A DNA stretch of 64,000 nt, taken from assembly GCA_046726415.1 (NCBI GenBank), contig JBKPAK010000156.1, forward strand, positions 1 to 64,000, written 5' to 3'. The notes under the pieces were generated by a model. It worked only from the letters and a program-made list of their open reading frames with translations. It had not been told where the DNA came from and ran no database searches. The position numbers and the translations under genes are program-made. This document shows positions 1 through 9,091 of this stretch, piece after piece; position 1 is the stretch's first letter; each line of letters opens with the position of its first letter. The DNA is from Candidatus Methylomirabilota bacterium. GTDB taxonomy: Bacteria; Methylomirabilota; Methylomirabilia; Rokubacteriales; CSP1-6.

Positions 1-1
1 C

Positions 2-181
2 GGCAAAGCCGTGCCGGCCCTCGATTGCCCGCGGTGGCTCGGCAAAGGCGTGCCGGCCCTCGATTGCCCGCGGTGGCTCGGCAAAGGCGTGCCGGCCCTC
101 GATTGCCCGCGGTGGCTCGGCAAAGGCGTGCCGGCCCTCGATCGCTCGCGGTGGCGCGGCAAAGCCGTGCCGGCCCTCGAC
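2..181. repeat. 39-bp tandem repeat, about 4.6 copies (unit GGCAAAGGCGTGCCGGCCCTCGATTGCCCGCGGTGGCTC)
   Basis: Units start at 2, 41, 80, 119 and 158, and the last ones diverge. The array may continue beyond the window edge. Confidence 0.9.
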
Positions 182-195
182 TCCTGGCCATGTTC

Positions 196-1974
196 CTACC
201 CGTCCCTTCTGACGAAATAGTTGCCCAGCACCAGCACATCGAGGCCGCTGCGCTGGAACGTCGCGTACGCCTCGCGCGGGGTGTTCACGATCGGCTCGCC
301 GCGCAGGTTGAACGAAGTGTTCAGGACGATGGGAACGCCTGTCGCCTGCCCGAAGCGCTCGATGAGATCGTAATATCGCGCGTTCCCCTCTCGCACCACC
401 ATCTGCAACCGGCCCGTGCCGTCGACGTGGGTCACCGCGGGGATGACGTCGCGCTTGGCCTCGCGCACCGGGGTCACCAGCAGCATGAACCGCGCGGGGT
501 ATTGGCGCTCGAGGCCAGCGGCATCGAAGTAGTCGTGCACGCGCGGCGCGAGCACGGACGGAGCAAAGGGGCGGTAGGGTTCTCGGAACTTGATCTTGGT
601 GTTGACGATGTCCTTCATGTCGGCGCGGCGGGGATCGGCCAGGATCGACCGGTGGCCAAGGGCTCGCGGCCCCCACTCGAAGCGATCCTGCGCCCAGCCG
701 ACGACCTGCCCCGCCATCAGGGCCTCCACGGTGCAATCGAGGAGCCGCTCATCGTCGAGGCGCTCGTAGCGAACGTTCTCGCCATCGAGGAACGCTCGCA
801 CGGTATCGTCGCCATGCGCCTGTCCCCAGAAGGCGTGCTCCATCACGAAGCTGCGCGGCTTGCCCAGCAGCGTGTGATAGGCGTAGAGTGCCGCCCCCAC
901 CGCCCCTCCGGAATCCCCAGCCGCCGGGTGCACGTACAGATCGTCGAATCCCGTCTGCTGCAGGATCTTCCAGTTGGCCACGCTGTTCAGCCCGACGCCT
1001 CCGGCCAGGCACAGCCTCGACAGCCCAGTGCCGCGCCGCACCGCGTTGGCCATGTTCAGGACCAGTTCTTCCGTCACCGCCTGGATGCTCGCGGCGAGAT
1101 CGGCGTAGTGCTGGTTCCGCCGCGCTCGCTGGGTGAAGTCCGGGGGGCGCGGACCGAAGTACGAGGGGTAACCAGAGCGCTCCGTGAAGAAGTTCTCGTT
1201 CGGGTCCCGCGGCTCCCCGAACAACGCGGGCAATTTCCGCGAGTACGGCCGATGCGTGGAGCGATGGAAGTCGAAGTACTCCATGTTCAGGCGGAAGCTC
1301 CCGTCGGGCGCCATCCGGACCAGCTTGCGGACGTCGTCCACGTAGCGCGGCGTCCCATACGGCGCCATGCCCATGACCTTGTACTCGCCCTCGTTCACCT
1401 CGAAACCGAGGAAGGCGGTGAACGTGGAGTAGAGGAGGCCGATGGAGTGCGGGAAGCGGATCTCCCGATCCAACGCGATCTCGGTCCCGCGGCCCCGCCC
1501 CATGGTGGCGGTGGCCCATTCCCCCACCCCGTCCACGGTGAGGATGGCCGCCTCCTCGAAGGGCGAACAAAAAAACGCGCTCGCCGCGTGGGAGAGGTGG
1601 TGCTCGGAAAAGAGGATCTTCGCGCGCGGGACACCTAATCGCTCCTCGATGAGTGCGCTCACCCACAGCTTGTCCAGAAGCCATGTCACCATGGCCTCCC
1701 GGAAGAGGCGGGTCGCCGCGGGAAACATCTGCAGCGAGGTCATGAGGATTCGCTCGAATTTCAGGAAGGGCTTCTCGAAGAAGGCGACGTGATCGAGGTC
1801 GGCCGCCGTGAGCCCGCCGGCGGCCAGCACGTAGTCGATGGCGTGCATGGGGAACTCGTAGTCGTGCTTCTTGCGACTGAAGCGCTCTTCTTCTGCGGCC
1901 GCCACCAGGACGCCATCCTTGACGAGGGCCGCTGCCGCGTCGTGGAAGAAGCAGGAGATCCCCAGGACATACAT
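196..1974 (-). CDS. Carbamoyltransferase, NodU/CmcH family
   Basis: N-terminal LGISCFFHDAAAAL..EEERFSRKKH, plus EHHLSHAASAF, GPRALGHRSIL, KFREPYRPFAP and LNTSFN motifs. Confidence 0.95.
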   Translation of the reverse strand: MYVLGISCFFHDAAAALVKDGVLVAAAEEERFSRKKHDYEFPMHAIDYVLAAGGLTAADLDHVAFFEKPFLKFERILMTSLQMFPAATRLFREAMVTWLLDKLWVSALIEERLGVPRAKILFSEHHLSHAASAFFCSPFEEAAILTVDGVGEWATATMGRGRGTEIALDREIRFPHSIGLLYSTFTAFLGFEVNEGEYKVMGMAPYGTPRYVDDVRKLVRMAPDGSFRLNMEYFDFHRSTHRPYSRKLPALFGEPRDPNENFFTERSGYPSYFGPRPPDFTQRARRNQHYADLAASIQAVTEELVLNMANAVRRGTGLSRLCLAGGVGLNSVANWKILQQTGFDDLYVHPAAGDSGGAVGAALYAYHTLLGKPRSFVMEHAFWGQAHGDDTVRAFLDGENVRYERLDDERLLDCTVEALMAGQVVGWAQDRFEWGPRALGHRSILADPRRADMKDIVNTKIKFREPYRPFAPSVLAPRVHDYFDAAGLERQYPARFMLLVTPVREAKRDVIPAVTHVDGTGRLQMVVREGNARYYDLIERFGQATGVPIVLNTSFNLRGEPIVNTPREAYATFQRSGLDVLVLGNYFVRRDG

Positions 1975-1975
1975 C

Positions 1976-2227
1976 TCAGAACTGCCGCCGTCCTGCCTCG
2001 GCGGGATCGGCGGGCGGCCGCGCGATCCAGAAACTCTCGCCCCGCGGCGGGCGCAGGCTCAGCGGATCCTTGGCCAGCTTCACGATCAACGCGAAGGGCG
2101 GCACGATGGCGAAGTAGAAGAGCGTCAGCAGCACGCGCGCCTGGAAGTTGCCGATGGCGTGGGCGATGACCGTCCAGCGGGCCCACAGGCGCTTGAGGCG
2201 GACGCGCACCCCGTTGTCAGTAACCAA
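1976..2227 (-). CDS. Small membrane protein, SxtJ-like, associated with the carbamoyltransferase
   Basis: 83 aa, W..IAHAIGNFQARVLLTLFYF..KDPL..SFW..RRQF. Ends 1 nt before the carbamoyltransferase start. Confidence 0.7.
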   Translation of the reverse strand: MVTDNGVRVRLKRLWARWTVIAHAIGNFQARVLLTLFYFAIVPPFALIVKLAKDPLSLRPPRGESFWIARPPADPAEAGRRQF

Positions 2228-2304
2228 GCCGCTTCAACTATACCGGAGTGCGACGGGGAACGCTCCCGAGAGGCGCGGCCATGGACTCGTCGGGCGCGGG
2301 CGCA

Positions 2305-5226
2305 TCACTCCCGCGTGGCGGTGAACGGGCAGATCTGGTGGTAGGCGCAGTACCGACACGTCTGGGGCGACGGCGTCGCCTCGAACCGGCGCCCCCGGAT
2401 TCCGGCCGCCACGCTCTTGACCGCGGTGGCCGCGTCCCCCGCGTCGGCGTCGGTCGGCACGTGGCGGCCCACCACGCGTGAGTCGATGAAGTGGAGCTCG
2501 ACGCGCTGGGGAAGGATGCCGGTCATCTCCCGCCAGGCGAGCGCATACATCTTGAGCTGGAGGCTTTTGGCCACGCGCCGGTCGGCGTCCTTCTGCTTGG
2601 TGACCTCGCTCGTCTTGTAGTCGATGATGGTCGCACCCAGGAGATCTTCGTCGACGCGATCGAAGCGGCCCCGCACGCGGTCGGCTCCCAGGGCGAAGGC
2701 GAAATCCTTCTCCACGTAGGTGGGCCGCGTGCCCTCCGCCTCCTCCTGGTGCCAGAAGCGGGTGAGAGCGGCGCGCCCCGCCGCCCGCCGCGCCGCCTCG
2801 TGTTCCCAGGTGAGAAAGCCCTGGTTCTCCCACTCGCGCTCGAACGCCCCGAGGAGGTCGTCGAGCGGCGTGTAGTTCCCGGCGGCGCGGCGCACGAGAT
2901 AGTACTCGACCACCTTGTGGATGGTGTTGCCATACACCACGGTGTGGTGGCGGAGGATCGGCACCCGCAGCACATGGATATAGCGGTACTTGAACGGGCA
3001 GGTTTCATAGTCGTCGACCTGACGGTGGCTCACGACCAGCTCTTGCTCGGGTGGCATGGGGGTCAGCTCGTCGCCGGCACTCTCGACCGGCGGCGCGAAG
3101 CGCTGGATCTCCTCGATGGCCTTGGCCTTGAAGGGTCGCGTATCCCTGGGCTGGTCGAGCGCTTCCAACACGAACTGGCTCACCTTTCGTGGGCGAGCCC
3201 CGCCGTAGTCGCGCGCGCTGGTGAGAAACAGCTCGCGCCGGGCTCGCGTCATCCCCACGTAGAACAGCCGGCGCTCCTCCCGCACGTGGAAGTCGCCCTC
3301 CGGGAGCGGGTACTTGACCAGCTCGGCTGGAACTTCGAGGGCCTCTCGCCGGCCGCGCAGCGGGAATTTCCCCTGCGCCAGATTGACCAGGAACACCACC
3401 GGGAACTCCAGCCCCTTCGCCTTGTGAACGGTGAGGACGTGGACGGCCGGCGTCTCGGTGTCGGCTTCGACCACGGCGGGATCTTCCCCGGCGTCGATCA
3501 GGGCGTCGAGGTGATTGACGAACTCGCGGACGTTGTCGTAGCGCAGGGCCTTGGCCGCGTCCTGAATGCGGCGAAAGAACCGCGAGATGTTCTGGACTTC
3601 GGCTTCGTCTCGCGCCGAGGCGGCCTTCGACATGCGGGCCAGCCACCCCGAATCGGCCAGGAACTGGTAGAGCAACTCGCCAGTCGGCAGCTCGCGGGCC
3701 AGCTCCATGTAACGCGTGAGATCGGCCACCAGACGCCGGATGGCCACCTGCCCCTCGTCGCTAATCTCCTCCGTCAGCTCGGCGATGTCCGGCGCCCGGC
3801 GCAGCACATCGAACAGCCAGCGATGGCGGCGGTCCGCGTAGGTGGCGCACCGCGTGAGGTCCAGGATGGGCGCCTGGTACAGATCGGACGAGGCCACGTA
3901 GTGCACGCTCACCGAGTCATCCGGATGCGCCACGGCGCGCAAGAAGGCGATGAGCAGCCGCACCTCCGGCCGCCCGTAGAGCCCCTGATTGCCCGAAAAC
4001 GTCCACGGGATGCCGCACAGGTTCAGCGAGCGCAGGAACTGATCGGCGTCCCCGTTCGAGCGCACCAGGATGGCCACGTCGTCGGGTCGCCAGCGGCCCT
4101 CCTCCACATGGTCGTGGATGAGGCGTCCCACGCCATCGGCTTCCTGGGTGGCCGTCTCGAAGTGGAGGTGCGTGGGATCAAGACCGGGCGACGTCCGCAT
4201 CGCGGTGAGGTGCTTGGCGATCCCGTACTCGACCTCCAGCCGCTCGGGATTGTTGTGGACGATGAGCCGGTAGGCGGCGTCCAGGATGGGCTGGTGGGAT
4301 CGATAGTTCTGGACGAGGACGATGCGGCGGGCCTCCGGATAGCACCGGAGAAAGCCCCGCACGTTCGAGATGGCCGCGCCCCGCCAGCGGTAGATGGCCT
4401 GATCGTCGTCGGCCACCACGGCGATGTTGTGGTGGCGAGCGGCCAGCAGTTTCACGACCTCGAACTGGGCGTGATTGGTGTCCTGAAACTCGTCGACCAG
4501 GACGTATCGGAAGCGACGCTGATAGCCCCCCAGCACGTAGGGGCGCGCGCGGAGGAGGCGAAGAGCGTAGGCGATCTGGTCGCCGAAGTCAATGACGCCT
4601 TCCTTCCCCATCAGCTCCTGGTACCGGGCGTACGTTTGAGCCAACTCGCGCGCCTGTTCAGCGCGCTCGCGCAACTCCTCGTCCGCCGGGGCCGCCGCCG
4701 ACCTCTCGGCCAGCCGCTCGGCGAACGCCACGTACTCGGCCGGCGCGAGGTCCTCGTCCTTGCAGCGACTGAAGAGCGAGATCATCGACTGCAGGTGCCG
4801 CGTGGGGTCGCCGAGTGGGCGATAACGGGCGAGGGGAAACTGGAAGAGTCGGTCGCGAAAGAAAATGACCTGTTCGGCGCGGTTCAGCACGCGGAAGTCG
4901 GGCGGCAAACCCACCTCGAGGGCGTGCTCGCGGGCGAGCCGGTCGCCGAAGGCGTGGAAGGTGGAGATCTCGACGTCGGCGTAGCCATAGGGCACCAAGG
5001 TGTCGACTCGCTCCTCCATCTCCGCGGCGGCCTTCTCCGTGAAGGTGAGCGCCAGGATCTCCTCGGGGCGCGCCGTGCGCTGGGCGATGAGGTAGGCGAT
5101 GCGCCGCGTGATGACGGTGGTCTTGCCGGTGCCGGCGCCGGCGACGATCAGGAGGGGGCCGGCCTCGTGGGTGACGGCGGCGCGCTGCTCGTCATTCAAG
5201 CCTTCGAGGATGCGCTCACCAGCCAT
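2305..5226 (-). CDS. UvrD/Rep SF1 helicase fused to a C-terminal PD-(D/E)XK nuclease with four Cys (AdnA/AdnB-like)
   Basis: AGAGTGKT, DEFQD, TVHKAKGLEF and EERRLFYVGMTRA motifs. C-terminal ETCP..GRFDRVD..IIDYKT..CRYCAYHQIC. Start reset to ATG 5226 (MAGERILEGLN). Confidence 0.93.
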   Translation of the reverse strand: MAGERILEGLNDEQRAAVTHEAGPLLIVAGAGTGKTTVITRRIAYLIAQRTARPEEILALTFTEKAAAEMEERVDTLVPYGYADVEISTFHAFGDRLAREHALEVGLPPDFRVLNRAEQVIFFRDRLFQFPLARYRPLGDPTRHLQSMISLFSRCKDEDLAPAEYVAFAERLAERSAAAPADEELRERAEQARELAQTYARYQELMGKEGVIDFGDQIAYALRLLRARPYVLGGYQRRFRYVLVDEFQDTNHAQFEVVKLLAARHHNIAVVADDDQAIYRWRGAAISNVRGFLRCYPEARRIVLVQNYRSHQPILDAAYRLIVHNNPERLEVEYGIAKHLTAMRTSPGLDPTHLHFETATQEADGVGRLIHDHVEEGRWRPDDVAILVRSNGDADQFLRSLNLCGIPWTFSGNQGLYGRPEVRLLIAFLRAVAHPDDSVSVHYVASSDLYQAPILDLTRCATYADRRHRWLFDVLRRAPDIAELTEEISDEGQVAIRRLVADLTRYMELARELPTGELLYQFLADSGWLARMSKAASARDEAEVQNISRFFRRIQDAAKALRYDNVREFVNHLDALIDAGEDPAVVEADTETPAVHVLTVHKAKGLEFPVVFLVNLAQGKFPLRGRREALEVPAELVKYPLPEGDFHVREERRLFYVGMTRARRELFLTSARDYGGARPRKVSQFVLEALDQPRDTRPFKAKAIEEIQRFAPPVESAGDELTPMPPEQELVVSHRQVDDYETCPFKYRYIHVLRVPILRHHTVVYGNTIHKVVEYYLVRRAAGNYTPLDDLLGAFEREWENQGFLTWEHEAARRAAGRAALTRFWHQEEAEGTRPTYVEKDFAFALGADRVRGRFDRVDEDLLGATIIDYKTSEVTKQKDADRRVAKSLQLKMYALAWREMTGILPQRVELHFIDSRVVGRHVPTDADAGDAATAVKSVAAGIRGRRFEATPSPQTCRYCAYHQICPFTATRE

Positions 5227-5439
5227 CGGTCCGACTATACCGAAGGCGTATCGCTCGAAGCGCACCAAAACGTCAGGCCCAGGTGCGCTCCGGCCACGCC
5301 CTGATCGCGTGCACATCGCACTGACGCAACGGTCCACCGAGATCGCCGCGTCCCAGAATCGCGCCCTTTCGGGCACATCGCCTGGGCATGCTCCTTGCGG
5401 CGGGGAGCGCCACCACGTTGGCTCCAAGGAGGTCTTTCG

Positions 5440-6046
5440 ATGAAGGTGTTGGCGATCGACATGGGAACAGGAGCGGTGCGATTGGCACTGGCGGTCGGGC
5501 TTCTGTTCGTGGCTTCGGAAGCACACGCCGAACGAGACGAGGGCCAGGAGCCTGCGGACGACTTTCACTCGGACGTGGCCTCCCAGTGGTTCGACACGCT
5601 GTACGATGTGATCAAGTCGGAGGCGACCGCGCCGCCGGCCGCCTCCCGCATCTACGGCGTCGCGGCCATCGCCCTGGATGAGGCCGTGGCGCCGGGCGCG
5701 CGGCACGCGCGATCGCTGGAAGGCCAATTGAATGATCTCTCCTCGGTGCCCCAGCCCGAGCGAAACAAGAAGCACCATTGGCCCACGGTGGCGAACGCCG
5801 CGCTGGCGCGGACGATCCGCGGCATGTTCCCGTCGCTCATGCCCGATACCTGAGCGACGTCGACGCCCTCGAAGCGACGTTGAGTGCCCGATTTCAGGCG
5901 ACGGTCTCGAGATCAGACTACGATCGCTCGGTCCCGTGTCGCGGCTTTACGGCGGAATCCACTACGCCTTCGACAACAACGACGGGCTCGCGGCGGGCCA
6001 GTGCATTGGCCAGGCGATTCTCACCTGTCTCCATTTCAAGCGGTAA
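5440..6046 (+). pseudogene. Vanadium haloperoxidase/PAP2-like exported protein, frameshifted and internally deleted
   Basis: AAGGAGG RBS, signal peptide and PPAASRIYG..DEAV N-terminus. Stop/frameshift near 5850, then an abrupt jump to the C-terminal SRLYGGIHYAFD motif in another frame. Confidence 0.7.
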
Positions 6047-6166
6047 GAGTTCAATGCGGCCTGGACGACGGCCACCGGCCGGCAGACCGAGAGACGTGTC
6101 GGTCAGGAAGGGCCGGGGGGCCCTCTCGAGCCCCATTCTCGCGCGGGAATGGCGCGGGCCGCGAGA

Positions 6167-7039
6167 TCAGCGTGAGCGCCGGCCAGCGATCCGCCCCTCG
6201 GCCGCGGTCCACCCAGCGTCGAAGGGATGGCCGGGCTCGTCGAGGTCGACCACGAGGGGGGCGTGGTCCGATGGCAGGGGTTTGCCTTTCCGGGCTTCGC
6301 GGTCGATCTCCGCCCACACCGTGCGGTCGGCCAGGCTGCGGGTGACCAGCAGATGGTCGATCCGCATGCCGAAGTTCTTGTGGAAGTTGCCCGCGCGATA
6401 GTCCCACCACGTGTAGCGGCCAGGGTCGCGATGGTGAAGGCGGTACGCATCGACCATGCCCCACTCGCACAACCGGGCGAAGGCTTGCCGCTCGGCTTCG
6501 GAGACGTGAGTGCCGCCGTGGCACGCCGCGGGATCCCACACGTCGATGTCTGCCGGGGCCACGTTGAAGTCACCGCCGAGCACAAGCTGCCGCGGGTTTC
6601 CGACGCTCTCGAGCCATCGGGCCAGCCGGTCGAACCACATCAGCTTCGCCAGATAAAAGGGCGATCCCACGACGCGCCCGTTCGGGGCATACAGGCTCAC
6701 CACGCGCACTCCGCCACACACCGCAGACAGCATTCGCGCCTCGGCGAGGGGCTCATCATCGGCGACGTCCGGAGTCGCCGCGGGCCGGAGAGGCTCACCG
6801 AAGTTGGCCATGACGTCGGCGAGGCCCACGCGGCTGGCGATGGCCACGCCGTTCCAGCGGCCTTCGCCGTGGTGCTCGAACTGATAACCCGCCTCGCGGA
6901 AGGTCTCCACCGGCGCGTCGGCGTCGGTGAGCTTGGTCTCCTGCATGAGGAGAACGTCGGGCCGGGCCCGCTCGAGCCACCAGGCGACTTTGTCCAGCCG
7001 GGCTCGCAACGAGTTGACGTTCCACGTCGCAATTCGCAT
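6167..7039 (-). CDS. xth: Exodeoxyribonuclease III
   Basis: MRIATWNVNS, QETK, GDFNVAP, YTWWDYR, RIDHLL and SDHAP motifs. Confidence 0.95.
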   Translation of the reverse strand: MRIATWNVNSLRARLDKVAWWLERARPDVLLMQETKLTDADAPVETFREAGYQFEHHGEGRWNGVAIASRVGLADVMANFGEPLRPAATPDVADDEPLAEARMLSAVCGGVRVVSLYAPNGRVVGSPFYLAKLMWFDRLARWLESVGNPRQLVLGGDFNVAPADIDVWDPAACHGGTHVSEAERQAFARLCEWGMVDAYRLHHRDPGRYTWWDYRAGNFHKNFGMRIDHLLVTRSLADRTVWAEIDREARKGKPLPSDHAPLVVDLDEPGHPFDAGWTAAEGRIAGRRSR

Positions 7040-7120
7040 CGCCGCCTTCTCTCCCATCTCCGAGGGGCCTCTTCGCGCTTGATCCCGTTCTCCTGCCCGT
7101 CTGATCGGCGTTTCGGGGCA

Positions 7121-8065
7121 TCAGCGGCGGACCTCTGGGCCGCCACCGAGGAGATCTTCCACGTCACTGGGGTCGATGAGGGCGATATCGCCCCACGTCG
7201 AGCACTTGAGGGCCGCCACCGCGGTCCCCGCCTCCACCGCCGCCTGGACGGAGCCGCCGTTCAGCGTGCCCCAGAGAAAGCCGGCCACCCACGCATCGCC
7301 CGCGCCGATGGGGTCGACCATGCTCACCGCGCGGCGCGTCTTCGGCTCGTAGGCCTCCCCGCCGGCGAGCGTGAGCGACCCCTCCTCGCCCCGCAGCAAG
7401 GTGATGGTGGCGTCCGGCGCTAGCCGAGCGAGGGAGCCGACGATCTGGGCTGGCGACCCGTCCAGATCGAAGATCGCGCGGGCCTCCGCCTCACCGAGAA
7501 AGAGGTAGTGCACACCGGGCAGGACCCCGGCCAAAAACGCGCGCGCCTGCGCGGCCGACCACAGTGCCGCTCGGTAGTTCACGTCGAACGATACCGCCGA
7601 CGCCTCGCGCAGCGCCCGCTCCACCACCGCTCGCGCCGAAGCGCTCAGCGCCGGCGTGATCCCGGTCAGGTGCACGAGCCGGGCACGGCGCACGGGCTCC
7701 CAGTCGATCTCGTCTGGCGTGAGGCGCGCCAGCGCAGAATCCCGCCGATCATACAGAACCCGGATCGGCCGGGGGGCTGCGCCATACTCGACGAAGTACA
7801 GGCCCATGCGGGCACCTTCCTTGGTCACCACGTACTGGCAATCGACGCCATGGGCGCCGAGTTCGCGCCGCGCGCGGAGGCCCCACGCGTTGTCGGGGAC
7901 GGCCGAGATCCAGGCCGTCCGGAGGCCGAGGCGCGACACCGCGGCGATCACGTTGGCCTCGGCGCCTCCGAGCTGCACGTCGAGCTGTCTCGCCGTCTCG
8001 AACCTCGCGGGCGAGGGCAAGGCCAGCCGGAGGAGGACCTCGCCGATCCCGACCAGATCGTGCAT
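7121..8065 (-). CDS. PfkB-family sugar kinase (2-keto-3-deoxygluconate kinase-like)
   Basis: GGAEANV, FDVNYR..LW and DPIGAGDA motifs. Confidence 0.9.
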   Translation of the reverse strand: MHDLVGIGEVLLRLALPSPARFETARQLDVQLGGAEANVIAAVSRLGLRTAWISAVPDNAWGLRARRELGAHGVDCQYVVTKEGARMGLYFVEYGAAPRPIRVLYDRRDSALARLTPDEIDWEPVRRARLVHLTGITPALSASARAVVERALREASAVSFDVNYRAALWSAAQARAFLAGVLPGVHYLFLGEAEARAIFDLDGSPAQIVGSLARLAPDATITLLRGEEGSLTLAGGEAYEPKTRRAVSMVDPIGAGDAWVAGFLWGTLNGGSVQAAVEAGTAVAALKCSTWGDIALIDPSDVEDLLGGGPEVRR

Positions 8066-8863
8066 CTAGGCCGGCTGGAAGCGGACGGTCATCGACGTGC
8101 CGAACATGAGCTTCGCCGTGATTCGCTCCGGCCGGCCATCGGCGCCGAACACGATCTGGGCCGGCGTGTCGGCCTGGGCCCATGCCGAGAAGTGCGTCAA
8201 GTCGATGTACGCGGTGCGCCGGCCGCTCGCCCGATCGTCGGCCAGCCTCAGCACCACGGGAACGATCTCCGCGCGGTAGGTTCCCGAGGTCTCGTCGATC
8301 CCCTCACGGGGATCCCGTCGGCGCCTCACGATCCGCGTCTCGAGAGCGCCGTTCGCCGCCGGTAGCCAGTACCCATCGGCGTGATTGAGAAAGGCGCTCA
8401 TCGTGTCATCGACGTGGATCCCGGCCGGCACCGGCACGACGTCATCGACCACGCGGAGCCGGCCGAGAAAGAACGTCTCGCTGCGCGAGCGGTAGTGCGC
8501 GGTCCGGCGCTCGGGATCGTAGACGATCTCGGTACGGCCCTCCCGGCCGGCGATCTTGACCCAGGATGCGCTGCGCAGCGGCGCCCAACGCCCGCCGCGC
8601 AGGATACCCCTCGACTCGCCGCGATTCGCGAAGGAGGTGCCCTGACCGTCGACCCGGACCTCGTACCGTCCCGATGCGCGATCCACGCGCTCCTCGACCG
8701 CACCCGTCAATCGATAGCGCAGCGCGCCGTAAAGGATGTTGGCCTCCGTCTGGTAGGTCATCCGGCGCGTGCCCTCGTCTCCGAGCGCCCGGGCGATGGG
8801 ACTCAGAAGCAGGGCGAGCGGTAGTGTCAGAAAAAGTCGACGGGTGGGAGGAGCGCTGGACAT
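8066..8863 (-). CDS. Exported hypothetical protein (Tat-like signal)
   Basis: TRRLFL followed by a hydrophobic stretch. Abuts the kinase gene. Confidence 0.7.
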   Translation of the reverse strand: MSSAPPTRRLFLTLPLALLLSPIARALGDEGTRRMTYQTEANILYGALRYRLTGAVEERVDRASGRYEVRVDGQGTSFANRGESRGILRGGRWAPLRSASWVKIAGREGRTEIVYDPERRTAHYRSRSETFFLGRLRVVDDVVPVPAGIHVDDTMSAFLNHADGYWLPAANGALETRIVRRRRDPREGIDETSGTYRAEIVPVVLRLADDRASGRRTAYIDLTHFSAWAQADTPAQIVFGADGRPERITAKLMFGTSMTVRFQPA

Positions 8864-8876
8864 TCGCGTCAGTCAC

Positions 8877-9023
8877 TCATATTGTAGCAGGCGAGCCCAG
8901 GGACTTCGCGCGACCAGCCCAGTCGGCCGCGTCACTCTCGCGGCCGCGGACAAGCACAATGAAGATACCGTCCATCGCGGCCACGATCGACCACCCGATC
9001 GCGACGAGTGTGACTCCATCCAT
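8877..9023 (-). CDS. Possible 48-aa single-TM small protein
   Basis: Manually translated as MDGVTLVAIGWSIVAAMDGIFIVLVRGRESDAADWAGRAKSLGSPATI*. Fills the intergenic gap. No homology evidence. Confidence 0.3.
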   Translation of the reverse strand: MDGVTLVAIGWSIVAAMDGIFIVLVRGRESDAADWAGRAKSLGSPATI

Positions 9024-9091
9024 GCCACACCCGCCGCGCGATCGCTCATTCGATGCCTTCCCCGTTCGGACCCGCTCACTATTGCCGCTCC

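Noticed and set aside
2-181. CRISPR array
   Set aside because: The repeats are contiguous with no unique spacers, and there are no cas genes in the window.
25-5304. Long antisense ORFs (e.g. 25-1638, 2491-5304 and many similar ones across the window)
   Set aside because: These are shadow ORFs of high-GC coding sequence and carry no family motifs.
5851-5853. Sec readthrough in the haloperoxidase-like gene
   Set aside because: The same frame stops again within 10 codons, and protein-like sequence continues in a different frame, which indicates a frameshift.
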